From contig CAMDZB010000001.1 in assembly GCA_945910645.1 (NCBI GenBank), positions 67,180 to 131,179 on the forward strand: DNA of 64,000 nucleotides, read 5' to 3'. Positions 21,491 through 30,805 of the stretch are shown piece after piece (position 1 is the stretch's first letter; each line of letters opens with the position of its first letter). The translations under genes were made by a program, and so were the position numbers. The notes beneath the pieces were generated by a model. That model saw only the letters and a program-made list of their open reading frames with translations. It had not been told where the DNA came from and made no database searches. Source of the stretch: an uncultured Spirochaetaceae bacterium. Its GTDB lineage: Bacteria > Spirochaetota > Spirochaetia > Sphaerochaetales > Sphaerochaetaceae.

Positions 21491-22222
21491 TTATTCCGGT
21501 ATCACTCTGATGGTTTTGATAGCTCCTTCGCCCTCAGATTCTGTCCTGACGCCATCAAAATTATCAAGTGCACGGTGTACAAGTCTTCTTTCGTATGAAT
21601 TCATTGGCTCAAGTAGTGCGCTATGCTTTGTAGCTTTAACACGTTTTGCAACGTAGTATGCTGTCTTAATTATGCTGTCTTCTTTTCTATTTCTATAGTT
21701 TTCTGCATCAAGCACAACTCTCTTATAAGTGTTGTCATTCATCTTGAGGTAGAATGCATTGACTATCACCTGGAGTGCATCAAGGTTCTGTCCGTGGCGG
21801 CCAATAAGAAGTGCAGAATCATCGCAGATTAACGTGATTGTAAGCTTCTCATCCTCTCTTGATGCAATCTCGAACTGTAGTCCTGTAAATCCAACCTTTG
21901 ATGCAAGCTCAACAAGAAAATCAACGATGTTCTCCTCAAGCTCGTTCTCTGGAAATGGACTTGATGATACGTTTTTTTGAACGTGCTCCTCTTCTGCTTG
22001 TACCTCTATAGGTTCATCGCTTTTTGCAAACTGAGAAAGTCCACCTTCATCTGCGTTATTCTCACCAACGTATACTCTGATTTTTACAAATCCCTTTTTG
22101 AAAAACCCCTTTTTAGAACTCTCAAGTACTTCAACATCGAAGTCCTCTCTCTCTATATGTAAATCGTCTATTGCCTTATTAATAGCGTCTTCTTCTGTCT
22201 CTCCGCTGTAATCTTTAAACAT
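21491..22222 (-). CDS. jag: Jag/KhpB-type RNA-binding protein (Jag_N, KH, R3H domains)
   Basis: The C-terminus carries an R3H motif (SYERRLVHRAL). The gene sits immediately downstream of yidC, which is the conserved position for jag. Confidence 0.85.
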   Translation of the reverse strand: MFKDYSGETEEDAINKAIDDLHIEREDFDVEVLESSKKGFFKKGFVKIRVYVGENNADEGGLSQFAKSDEPIEVQAEEEHVQKNVSSSPFPENELEENIVDFLVELASKVGFTGLQFEIASREDEKLTITLICDDSALLIGRHGQNLDALQVIVNAFYLKMNDNTYKRVVLDAENYRNRKEDSIIKTAYYVAKRVKATKHSALLEPMNSYERRLVHRALDNFDGVRTESEGEGAIKTIRVIPE

Positions 22223-24040
22223 TTATTTTCTCTCCTTTTTTTTCGCTTTTGGTGGAAGAACTCCTGTGTATAGAGTTGGCTTGTTCTCTTTATCCTCTCT
22301 TATCTTCTCTTCAGCCTTTGCTCTCTTCTTTTTCTTTGTAACTATATTTGTAATAAGCTGTTGAACTATCGAGAATACGTTTGACATTGTCCAATATAAC
22401 AAAAGTCCCGATGATGTGTTATAGAGCATAAAGAAGAATATAATTGGGAATCCATACGTCATAAACTTCTGCATTGCGTTGCTCTGACCTGCTGTTGAAC
22501 TCTTCTGTGTGTATACCATCAGGAATATCATTGTTGCAAGATAGATGATAGGCATAAGGTGGAATTCAGTGCCCATAAATGGAATCGAGAATGGGAAGTT
22601 GAAGAGCGTCTCTGGGCTAGAAAGGTCTGTAATCCATCCTGGAATGAACATAGCACCTCTTAGCTCAAAGTGCTTATTTAGAAGGCCGTACATTGCAAGT
22701 AGAATCGGAAACTGAATAAGCATTGGAATAAAGGAGAGGAACGGATGAATATCAGCTTCTTTATAGAGATTGAGTGTAGCCTCATTCATCTTCTGAGGAT
22801 CATCCTTGTACCTCTCTTTAATCTCATTAATGCGTGGTGTGAGTTCACCCATCTTTGCAGATGAATTCATGCTCTTCTGCTGTAGTGGGAATAGCAACAG
22901 CTTGATTAATATTGTAAGAAGAATAATCGATATACCCCAGTTTGGAATGAGCTTATAAAAGAACGTCATTATCCATTTTAATATAGTCTGTAACCATACA
23001 AGGCTACCTCCTGCCTCAAGCCCACGCTCAAAGTACAGGTTCTGAACGCCAAATGAGTTGTCCTGTGCTCTATTAAACACATTCATCTTATTCTTAAGCT
23101 GAGGTCCAAGATAGATGTTAAATACGTCGCTGATGTTACCATTCTCTGCCTTTCTCACAAGGAACGAGCGTGACTCGAGATTTCTCTCCTTCTCAGACCC
23201 TTTCTGAGATGCGCTAATATGGAAGTTGCTACTCTGCTGTGGTGCAATGATGTATGAGAAGTACTTTCCTGTAAGCTCAAGCCATTGGAATGGATCCTCG
23301 TATGTGAAAATACCGCCTGAGAAGCCTAAAGAGCGTGGTTTCTTCTTGTTCTCAAACTTTAAGTAGAACGTTCTTGTATTCTGTCTAGCCTGCCTACTTG
23401 TTGACTGTAGGAATGAAGGCCCTAGCTGTGGCTCAAAACCAAGTGAGTATGCATAACCGTTAAAGTTCACGTTGCTTCCTCTTACTGGAATCATGTCAAC
23501 CTTGATTGCAAACATATACTCGCTATCGCCGATTCTGAATGTCTTTCTAATCTTAACTACGTTGTTTGGATCTTCATCAACATAGAATTCTTTTTCAAAA
23601 ATCACGTTGCCATCTTCAACTTTATAATCAAATACATCGTTAATTGGCGTTGGATTTACAAAGACGCTTCTTCCTTCATATAGTAGGAATGCTCTGTCGC
23701 TATCTTTTGATTTTAAAAGAAGGTCAAGTTCCTCTCCATTTTCGCTATAATCTTTTAATATGATTGATTTTACAGATGCACCCTTGGTGTCAAAAATAAT
23801 TCTGTATATGGAAGTTTCAAATTCAACGTCTTCTCTTATTGAATCTTGATTAACAGGTGTTAAGTGCTTTTTATGTAGGTTTTCTAAGTCAACAGTTGGT
23901 TCTGTCTTATTCTCTTGAGTTGTCTCTGTTACAGTTGCAACTTTATCAACATTTTTATCTCTTGTGGTGAAGTAAAGTAAAACTCCTAAGAGTGCAACAA
24001 CCACGATAGAAGTGATTGCAATCAACAGTGGTTTTTTCAT
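22223..24040 (-). CDS. yidC: Membrane protein insertase YidC
   Basis: The product has an N-terminal TM segment, a large periplasmic domain and the conserved C-terminal 5-TM 60-kDa insertase core, with a basic C-tail. It sits in the rnpA-yidC-jag context. Confidence 0.92.
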   Translation of the reverse strand: MKKPLLIAITSIVVVALLGVLLYFTTRDKNVDKVATVTETTQENKTEPTVDLENLHKKHLTPVNQDSIREDVEFETSIYRIIFDTKGASVKSIILKDYSENGEELDLLLKSKDSDRAFLLYEGRSVFVNPTPINDVFDYKVEDGNVIFEKEFYVDEDPNNVVKIRKTFRIGDSEYMFAIKVDMIPVRGSNVNFNGYAYSLGFEPQLGPSFLQSTSRQARQNTRTFYLKFENKKKPRSLGFSGGIFTYEDPFQWLELTGKYFSYIIAPQQSSNFHISASQKGSEKERNLESRSFLVRKAENGNISDVFNIYLGPQLKNKMNVFNRAQDNSFGVQNLYFERGLEAGGSLVWLQTILKWIMTFFYKLIPNWGISIILLTILIKLLLFPLQQKSMNSSAKMGELTPRINEIKERYKDDPQKMNEATLNLYKEADIHPFLSFIPMLIQFPILLAMYGLLNKHFELRGAMFIPGWITDLSSPETLFNFPFSIPFMGTEFHLMPIIYLATMIFLMVYTQKSSTAGQSNAMQKFMTYGFPIIFFFMLYNTSSGLLLYWTMSNVFSIVQQLITNIVTKKKKRAKAEEKIREDKENKPTLYTGVLPPKAKKKERK

Positions 24041-24399
24041 ATATCAATACCTCTTGTTATTAAGTTATTGTGCATCAACAATCTTTCTATTTTAGATTTA
24101 AGTGTAAAGTAGTCGTTTTCCTTCTCTACTTTATTCACTGCAATAACAATATCGTATCCAGGTATTAGATTCTCACAATGTCTAAAAATTTCTCTAACTC
24201 GTCTTTTAAGTAAATTTCTTTCCACTGCATTGCCATAACCATGCATTGGTATAATCAGCAACCGTGTAATATTTACACCATTTTCGATAGCGCGCAGGGT
24301 AAAGCCGCCTTGACGTTTTACCCTTGCTTTGTCAAAAACATTGTTGATGTCGCTTTTACGCTTCAAAGGAATAAAAGATTTTCTTTCCTTATTTTTCAA
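24037..24399 (-). CDS. rnpA: Ribonuclease P protein component
   Basis: The 120-aa basic protein lies directly between rpmH and yidC. The only in-frame start near the 5' end is TTG 24399. The 3' end overlaps the yidC start (ATGA). Confidence 0.8.
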   Translation of the reverse strand: MKNKERKSFIPLKRKSDINNVFDKARVKRQGGFTLRAIENGVNITRLLIIPMHGYGNAVERNLLKRRVREIFRHCENLIPGYDIVIAVNKVEKENDYFTLKSKIERLLMHNNLITRGIDI

Positions 24400-24408
24400 A
24401 ATAGTAAA

Positions 24409-24576
24409 TCAATATGGTTTTTTCTCATCGCTAACTGTAAGCTTCCTTCTACCCTTAGCTCTGCGGCGAGCTAAAACGAGTCTTCCGCCCTTTGTAGCCA
24501 TACGTGCTCTAAAGCCAAATTTTCTTGTTCTTTTTGTCTTACTTGGCTGGTAAGTTCTTTTTCCTTTATTACTCAT
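24409..24576 (-). CDS. rpmH: 50S ribosomal protein L34
   Basis: This gene is below the ORF-track size cutoff. The reverse strand translates to [55 protein letters not shown], the L34 signature. Confidence 0.95.
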   Translation of the reverse strand: MSNKGKRTYQPSKTKRTRKFGFRARMATKGGRLVLARRRAKGRRKLTVSDEKKPY

Positions 24577-24697
24577 AGATTTTCTCCATTGTTATAATTT
24601 TTTACATTAATAGCAGTTTAAATAGCAAACATTTGTATGCCTGATACTCAAACTATCAACACGCAAGTTAAAAGTATATGTCAATTTATTTAATTAT

Positions 24698-25147
24698 TCA
24701 AGATTTCCACTCCACTTTATTAATCACTACTTTGCGAAATATTGTGTTGATATTCAATATTATTTGATCGTTAAATCGATCTATATTTCCTCTCTCATCC
24801 ATTTTGTTAAGTTCATCTATTGTCTTTTTAAGACTCTTATCCCTCTTTATCACGAGTATATTTTCAAGCTTATTATACTTGAATTCCTGCTTTATCTCAT
24901 ATGGATAGATCTTCGATATTACATCAGAGCGCCTCTTTCCTTCAAACGTGTTGTACTCATCTATCCTAAAGTTATCGGGGATGATCCTGTCCCAATTTTC
25001 ACTTATCACAACGAGTTTAGTTCTCTTTACTCCGTTAGTTTTGCAGAATGTTTTCATTAGATTTTCTATATTTTCTGCACTCGGCGCTAAATCATCGTAG
25101 TCTTCAAAGTACTTCTTTGTCATAAATTCTAATGGATCAATCTTCAT
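24698..25147 (-). CDS. Hypothetical protein in the position of DUF721 (post-recF) proteins
   Basis: The 149-aa ORF is translationally coupled to recF (ATGA overlap). The assignment rests on position only, since DUF721 genes commonly follow recF. No motif was recognised with certainty. Confidence 0.4.
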   Translation of the reverse strand: MKIDPLEFMTKKYFEDYDDLAPSAENIENLMKTFCKTNGVKRTKLVVISENWDRIIPDNFRIDEYNTFEGKRRSDVISKIYPYEIKQEFKYNKLENILVIKRDKSLKKTIDELNKMDERGNIDRFNDQIILNINTIFRKVVINKVEWKS

Positions 25148-26220
25148 AGCTTTTCTATATTTCCATCGCTGATTTTATAATAAAGTGACTTTGTTTGAGA
25201 GAGTTCAAAGTAATTTTCATCTGGTAAAAATGTTAAAAACATCTGCGAGAATCCATCAAGATTTTCAAAGAATATTTTACGTCTTGCCTTATCGAGTTCC
25301 AAGAAAACATCATCAATCAATATAAATGGTTTTCGATTGTTATTCTCATAAAGATACTTAACCTCTGCAAACCTATAGAGAAGCGCAAGAAGACGAAGTT
25401 GACCCTTCGATGCATAATTTACATAGTTATGAATGCCTTTTTTAATGACAAAGTCATCCCTATGAATTCCTTTTCTTGTGACCTCAGCAAATATATCACC
25501 TTCTGTATTGTCTTTAAGAATTCGAAGAATAGTTTCTTTATCCTCAGCATCAAGATTTTTTTTATATTCAATCTCAATTCTGTTCTCTTTTTCAAAGAAT
25601 ATTCCGTAATACTTTTTAATAATCTCGTTTATGCTATTAACCGCTTTTCTTCTTTTTACTTGTATCTTTTCATTAAGCTCTGCAAGCATTTCATCGTTTA
25701 TAGAAAATAGACTTTTATCCTCAATTTTTAGAAGTTTGTTGCGCTCTGTAATTATGCTTTTATACTTTTTAATAAGCAACAGATACTCTTCATCACAAAG
25801 CGATATTACCTGATCAAAAAACTTTCTCTTTTCAGATGGCGTTCCTGTGATAAAATCAATATCTTCTGATACAAATACTATCGTTGGAAAGTTATAGATC
25901 AAGTCGCGCCTATCTTTTATTAGCTTATCATTTATAAAAAACTGCTTCTTATCATTTTTAAACTCAGCTCTTATATTATAAATTTTTTCATCATCATTGA
26001 CCGTACATTTAACTTCAAAGTTGTCCTTTTTATTATTTACAATGTACTTTGTATCCTTGGTTCTAAAAGAGGAGCCTGTGAAACAATAATAAATACTTTC
26101 GATAATGCTTGTTTTTCCCTCTCCATTATTGCCAAGAAAAACCACGTACTCACTATCAGTATTTATATTAGTTTCGTTCAGCCCCCTAAAATTTTTTATA
26201 CCAAGATTTGTAACTTTCAT
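25144..26220 (-). CDS. recF: DNA replication and repair protein RecF
   Basis: The Walker A motif is GNNGEGKTSIIE. An SMC-like signature (SKGQLRLLAL) and a Walker B motif (FILIDDV) are present. The ATG at 26220 overlaps the dnaN stop (TAATG). Confidence 0.9.
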   Translation of the reverse strand: MKVTNLGIKNFRGLNETNINTDSEYVVFLGNNGEGKTSIIESIYYCFTGSSFRTKDTKYIVNNKKDNFEVKCTVNDDEKIYNIRAEFKNDKKQFFINDKLIKDRRDLIYNFPTIVFVSEDIDFITGTPSEKRKFFDQVISLCDEEYLLLIKKYKSIITERNKLLKIEDKSLFSINDEMLAELNEKIQVKRRKAVNSINEIIKKYYGIFFEKENRIEIEYKKNLDAEDKETILRILKDNTEGDIFAEVTRKGIHRDDFVIKKGIHNYVNYASKGQLRLLALLYRFAEVKYLYENNNRKPFILIDDVFLELDKARRKIFFENLDGFSQMFLTFLPDENYFELSQTKSLYYKISDGNIEKL

Positions 26221-27335
26221 TAATCTAGATTCATTGGCATGATGATGTGACAATACCTTTCTTCATTTGTTGGAATCAATTTGATTGATGTTGTCATGTC
26301 GTTAAATTCCATCTTGAAGTAGTCACATGTGAATGCTCTTACCTGGTTCACTATGTATTTATAGTTGACAGCAAACTTCACTTCATCTCCATCGTAATCT
26401 GTGGCAATTTCATCAGAAGCCGAGCCTAACTCATTATCAGATGCAGATATGACTGTCACACCGTTTTTAATAGTGATGATAATCTTTTTATTTACATTAT
26501 CAGCCATCAAAATTACACTTTTAAGTGCTCTATTCATATCCTCAACCTTATAAACTATGCTATGCATTCTTGGAGTATTAAGTACTTTTTGATAGTTAGG
26601 AAATGATCCTTTAAATAGAACGCTGTAGATGATCGTATCATCATTCCTTACAAAAATCACATTGTCTTTAATATAAATATCAAGTATCTCTTCATTTTTA
26701 AAAATCTTAACAACTTCTTTTAAAAACTTGTTTGGAATAATAACACTCTTATCTTCAAGCTTTGATTTTTCCTCAATTTTACCTTCAACATAGGACATGC
26801 TCTTTCCATCTGTTGATACCATATAGATATTATTATCTTTCTTCTCAAGATAGACGCCAGTATAAATTGATTTTGTATCATCACTTGCATTATCGCTTAC
26901 GGAGATAATAGCCTGATTTATCATTTTTACAAATTCTTTACTATCAATTTCGATGTGCTCTTTAACACCAATTTCTTCTTTCTTCTCAAATGTTTGAGCG
27001 TTGTTGTATTTAATTTTAAAGCTTGCAAGGCGTGAATCACTCTTAATAGTTACAAATTCGATATCCTTCTGCTCTACTATAATTTTTTCATCAGAGAATG
27101 TCTTTATAATATTTAGAAACTTATCACAAGGAAGAGCAATACTCCCATCCTTTTTACCCTCTACTTCTATATTAGAATCAAAGCCAATTTTACCATCTGT
27201 AGCTCTTACATTTAGATTGTTGCCATTTAAATCAAGCAGTATAAATGATGTGGAAGACAAAGACTTCTGAGAACAGAAATCATATGCATTCTGTATTGTA
27301 TTTTGAAAATTGGTTGAATCACATAAAAACTTCAT
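26220..27335 (-). CDS. dnaN: DNA polymerase III beta subunit (sliding clamp)
   Basis: The product is 371 aa and begins MKFxC. The gene sits in the conserved dnaA-dnaN-recF position. The three-domain length is typical. Confidence 0.88.
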   Translation of the reverse strand: MKFLCDSTNFQNTIQNAYDFCSQKSLSSTSFILLDLNGNNLNVRATDGKIGFDSNIEVEGKKDGSIALPCDKFLNIIKTFSDEKIIVEQKDIEFVTIKSDSRLASFKIKYNNAQTFEKKEEIGVKEHIEIDSKEFVKMINQAIISVSDNASDDTKSIYTGVYLEKKDNNIYMVSTDGKSMSYVEGKIEEKSKLEDKSVIIPNKFLKEVVKIFKNEEILDIYIKDNVIFVRNDDTIIYSVLFKGSFPNYQKVLNTPRMHSIVYKVEDMNRALKSVILMADNVNKKIIITIKNGVTVISASDNELGSASDEIATDYDGDEVKFAVNYKYIVNQVRAFTCDYFKMEFNDMTTSIKLIPTNEERYCHIIMPMNLD

Positions 27336-27454
27336 TTGGTTATCTCCTTACTTTATTACTATACTTTTGTATATATAATGATAATAATGTACCACAAAAT
27401 TGTGAATAAAACAATTATTTTATTGTAATATAAGAAGTTAGATTATTGAACAAC

Positions 27455-27603
27455 CTGTGGATGAATTGTGAATTGATGTTGATAAATTTAAAACATTAAG
27501 AATTATGGTGTTTATAAATTGTTGATAAACATTTGTTTAGTATACAGCTTTTAAACAAGTTTTAAACTTTTAATCCACAGAAAATCCACAGACTTATCAA
27601 CAA
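27455..27603. promoter_or_regulatory. DnaA-box cluster (candidate oriC) in the dnaA-dnaN spacer
   Basis: Six 9-mers fall within 1-2 mismatches of TTATCCACA or its complement TGTGGATAA. They are TGTGGATGA (27456), TGTTGATAA (27477 and 27520), TAATCCACA (27571), AAATCCACA (27582) and TTATCAACA (27594). They lie within a very AT-rich 271-bp spacer. Confidence 0.7.
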
Positions 27604-27606
27604 TTT

Positions 27607-28989
27607 TTAGTTCTCTCTTATTATGTTATTTGAGAGCATTTTTATTGTTTCAGATAGTGTTGTATCCTCTTTCATCTTATTTTTTATCTTATTAATTGAG
27701 TGTAGAACCGTAGAATGGTCCCTATTTCCAAAGTAAGTACCAATTTCTGTAAGAGATAGCTGTGTAATATCATGAGCAAGGTAGAATGCAATCTGACGTG
27801 GTTCATGTATAGACTTATTTTTCTTCTTTCCTCTTAGATCAATTGATGGAACATCATAGTAGTCGGCAACAGTTTTTATAATTTTTTCTATGCTTACGTT
27901 TGATAGATCCTTTGATATAAATATTAAGTCTTTTAGTGTATTTTTTGCATTTTCAATCGTAATTTTCTGATCGATTAATCTTGAGTATGAAATGAGTCTG
28001 TTAAGACAAGCCTCAAGATCTCTTACGTTTGATGTAATATTATCTGCAATATAGTTGATAATATCATCGCTGATGTCGTATCCGTTGAGTTTACATTTAC
28101 TTCTTAGAATTGCAACCTTAGTTTCATACGGTGGTGGCTGGAGGTCTGCAGCAACGCCTGAGTTAAGGCGTGTTGATAGGCGAGGCTGGAATTCTTTAAT
28201 TGCATTTAAAGGCCTATCTGATGTAAAAATCATCTGTTTATTTGCATCTTTAAGGGAGTTAAATATGTTAAAGAGTGACTCCTGTGTTGATTTTTTTCCC
28301 TCGAGGAATTGTACGTCATCAATAATAAGTACATCGACGTTTCTGTATATGTTTTTGTATTGTTCAGGAGTTTTCTTTTCAATCGATTTAATGTATTCAT
28401 TAATAAAGTACTCACAGGTTACGTACATAACTTTGTACTTGAGTGTGTTTTTTATCTCATTTCCAATTGCTTCTGCAAGGTGAGTCTTACCAAGTCCTAC
28501 GTTTGAGTAAATTAAGAATGGATTGTATTCACTTGCAGGGTTTGCAGCAATGGCCTTTGCAATGTTGTATGCAAAACGTGAGTTCTCTCCAGGGATAAAG
28601 TTATCAAGCGTGTACTTTGGATTAAGGCGTGGAATCTCAGGATTGATAAATTCCTCATTTGTCTGTACTTTCTTATTTACATCATTCTTTTTAACCTTAT
28701 CATCTGTTTTTTTAGTAGTTTCATGAGATGAAAACTTAACAGCGTTTTTACTCTTAATTAGGTTGATTTTGACACTAAAATTGCCATCTAGAAGGCCTGA
28801 ACTCAATCTTTCAATTTCCTTGATACTCTCTTTGATTGTGTCTTTTGAAAACTCATCTGTTACATTAAATGTGATTTTGTTCTCTTTAATTTCTACGCTC
28901 TCTACTGAATCTAAAGACCTAATTAGAATAGTTTGATTGGTGTCTGATAATTTATCTTTGATTTCTTGTAAATAAGTGTTGCTATCCAT
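27607..28989 (-). CDS. dnaA: Chromosomal replication initiator protein DnaA
   Basis: The Walker A motif is GLGKTHL and the Walker B motif is LIIDDVQFL. The domain IV signature is PRQIAFYLAHDITQLSLTEIGTYFGNRDHSTVLHSINKI. Confidence 0.95.
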   Translation of the reverse strand: MDSNTYLQEIKDKLSDTNQTILIRSLDSVESVEIKENKITFNVTDEFSKDTIKESIKEIERLSSGLLDGNFSVKINLIKSKNAVKFSSHETTKKTDDKVKKNDVNKKVQTNEEFINPEIPRLNPKYTLDNFIPGENSRFAYNIAKAIAANPASEYNPFLIYSNVGLGKTHLAEAIGNEIKNTLKYKVMYVTCEYFINEYIKSIEKKTPEQYKNIYRNVDVLIIDDVQFLEGKKSTQESLFNIFNSLKDANKQMIFTSDRPLNAIKEFQPRLSTRLNSGVAADLQPPPYETKVAILRSKCKLNGYDISDDIINYIADNITSNVRDLEACLNRLISYSRLIDQKITIENAKNTLKDLIFISKDLSNVSIEKIIKTVADYYDVPSIDLRGKKKNKSIHEPRQIAFYLAHDITQLSLTEIGTYFGNRDHSTVLHSINKIKNKMKEDTTLSETIKMLSNNIIREN

Positions 28990-29045
28990 AAGTATTATTT
29001 TTACATAAAGTTAGGTATTTATTCAACAGAGAAATTTTGATCTAT

Positions 29046-29975
29046 TTATGCGTGAGGATGAGTCTTTTTGTATGTATTTTTGAGGTCTTTAAGGGATAAA
29101 TGCGTGTAGATTCCTGTTGTTGAGATTGAGCTATGACCGAGTAATTCTTGTAGGGTTCTGATGTCCATTCCATCCTCCATAAGGTGAGTTGCAAATGTGT
29201 GTCTCATAGTGTGAGGTGTGATGTTCTTCTGAAGGTTTAGTTCGACCTTTAACTTATTAAATAGCTTGTTGAGTTGATCAAGTGATACCCTCTTTCCTTT
29301 TGATGTGATAAAGAGTGCATCTTCATCATCAGGTGCTATTTCATCCCGTAATTTTATGTATTCACGGAGAGCTTTCTCTGCATCAATTGTTATAAAGATG
29401 AACCGCTCTTTGTTGCCCTTACCAGTGATTAGAATTTGGGAGTTTTTAAAGTCTATATCTCTCATGTTTATACTTCTGATTTCTGCCCTTCTGGCACCAG
29501 TTGAGTAGAACAGTTTTAGTATCGCTGTGTTTCTAATATCATCAAAGTCGTCTTTATCTGAGTAATTGTTGACGACCCTATTAACTTCATCCTTTGTAAG
29601 TACGTTTGGAAGTTTTCTTGTGATGTGTGAATTTGATATGTTTGAAAAGGGATTATAACTCACTTTTTTATCCCTATATGCAAGTTTATAAAACCCTCTA
29701 TAGGTTGCAAGTGATCTATTGATGCTCTTTGGAGAAAGTCCTTGATCCATAAGACTCAAGAGAAACAGTGATGCATCATCAGCTGTTAGTGAGTAAATAT
29801 CAATATTGTTATTAACAAGATATGAGGATAACTTATCAAGGTCTTCTCTATATGCTATGATAGTATTCTCAGAAAGGCCGTTGATTTTAGTAAGATGAGA
29901 TAGGTAATTATCTATTTCAAGTCTGATATTTGTATCATCCACCCCTTTTTTACCTCGTAATTTAGAATAACACAT
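29046..29975 (-). CDS. Tyrosine recombinase, XerC/XerD family
   Basis: The N-terminus has a SAM-like domain (LSENTIIAYREDLDKLSSYL). The catalytic region reads HTMRHTFATHL...LLGHSSISTTGIYTH. XerC versus XerD versus another integrase cannot be decided from sequence alone. Confidence 0.8.
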   Translation of the reverse strand: MCYSKLRGKKGVDDTNIRLEIDNYLSHLTKINGLSENTIIAYREDLDKLSSYLVNNNIDIYSLTADDASLFLLSLMDQGLSPKSINRSLATYRGFYKLAYRDKKVSYNPFSNISNSHITRKLPNVLTKDEVNRVVNNYSDKDDFDDIRNTAILKLFYSTGARRAEIRSINMRDIDFKNSQILITGKGNKERFIFITIDAEKALREYIKLRDEIAPDDEDALFITSKGKRVSLDQLNKLFNKLKVELNLQKNITPHTMRHTFATHLMEDGMDIRTLQELLGHSSISTTGIYTHLSLKDLKNTYKKTHPHA

Positions 29976-30387
29976 TTAAAGGCAAAAGACCTAATTTTAG
30001 CGTTTATTTGAGGTCTAAAAAGGGTATTTTTGAGTCAAATTTAGCGTTTTTGATGTTTTTTCAAATTAAAATGTTTCTGTAAATCAGAACAAAAAGGTTA
30101 AAATTATTTTGGATGTTTTTATGTGTATACAATAGATCTACAATAAGTGGATGTTAAGAATGATTGATATACAGAAATTATACCTAAAACAACATTAGTA
30201 TTATATCAATATCCCAACTGCTAGCATAAAAACAATCAATTTTGGTGTTGATAAGAAGTTAAAAAAAAAATTTAAAAAGTTTAATTATAAAATTTAAAAA
30301 ATAAATGATATTTAACCCCACAGAATATCTCATTAGAATCTTATGTTTTACTCCTTTTAGCAAATTTGTTTGAATTTGAGATGTAAT

Positions 30388-30403
30388 AGTTTCACGTGAA
30401 ACA
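30388..30403. promoter_or_regulatory. parS centromere-like site
   Basis: AGTTTCACGTGAAACA matches the parS consensus TGTTNCACGTGAAACA at 15 of 16 positions. Confidence 0.7.
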
Positions 30404-30764
30404 ATTTGACCATATAAATAATTTTTATTGTTTTAATAGTAAAATAATATCAGAATAATATTGAAATACTATCAAAATTATATTTTAAGACTGTTATGTA
30501 GTACATGCATAATGTTAAGAATTTAGATAATGACTATTGTATATGATGGTATTTATCACAGTAAGATCTCGTTTCATTGGATGTTGTTCTCATTATATCC
30601 TTTTAATAAAATGTATGAACATCGGGTACTGATGTATGAGGGAATTGGTTAGAGTATCTTCTGTAATAATTAGGGGTGTTTCTGGTAATTTATTATTTAT
30701 TGAATTATAGGGGGTAAATGTTAAGTTTTTACGATTGATTCTGTTCTGTTTTATAGAAACAAAA

Positions 30765-30792
30765 GGCGATTGTTTCACGTGAAACAATCGCC
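30765..30792. promoter_or_regulatory. parS site embedded in a perfect 28-bp palindrome; possible terminator for the nfu-like gene
   Basis: The palindrome is GGCGATTGTTTCACGTGAAACAATCGCC. Its core at 30771-30786 (TGTTTCACGTGAAACA) is a perfect parS consensus. Read on the minus strand, the palindrome is followed by TTTTGTTTC, directly after the stop at 30806. Confidence 0.75.
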
Positions 30793-30805
30793 AAATGATT
30801 GAAAA

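Noticed and set aside
29046-29975. Treating the tyrosine recombinase next to dnaA as the integrase of a mobile element.
   Set aside because: No flanking direct repeats, att-like tRNA fragments or other mobile-element genes were seen. The sequence looks XerC/XerD-like. It is mentioned only as context for the compositional anomaly.
30593-30787. A 64-aa minus-strand ORF in the AT-rich desert.
   Set aside because: It starts inside the parS palindrome, has no RBS and has an AT-driven composition. It is considered spurious.
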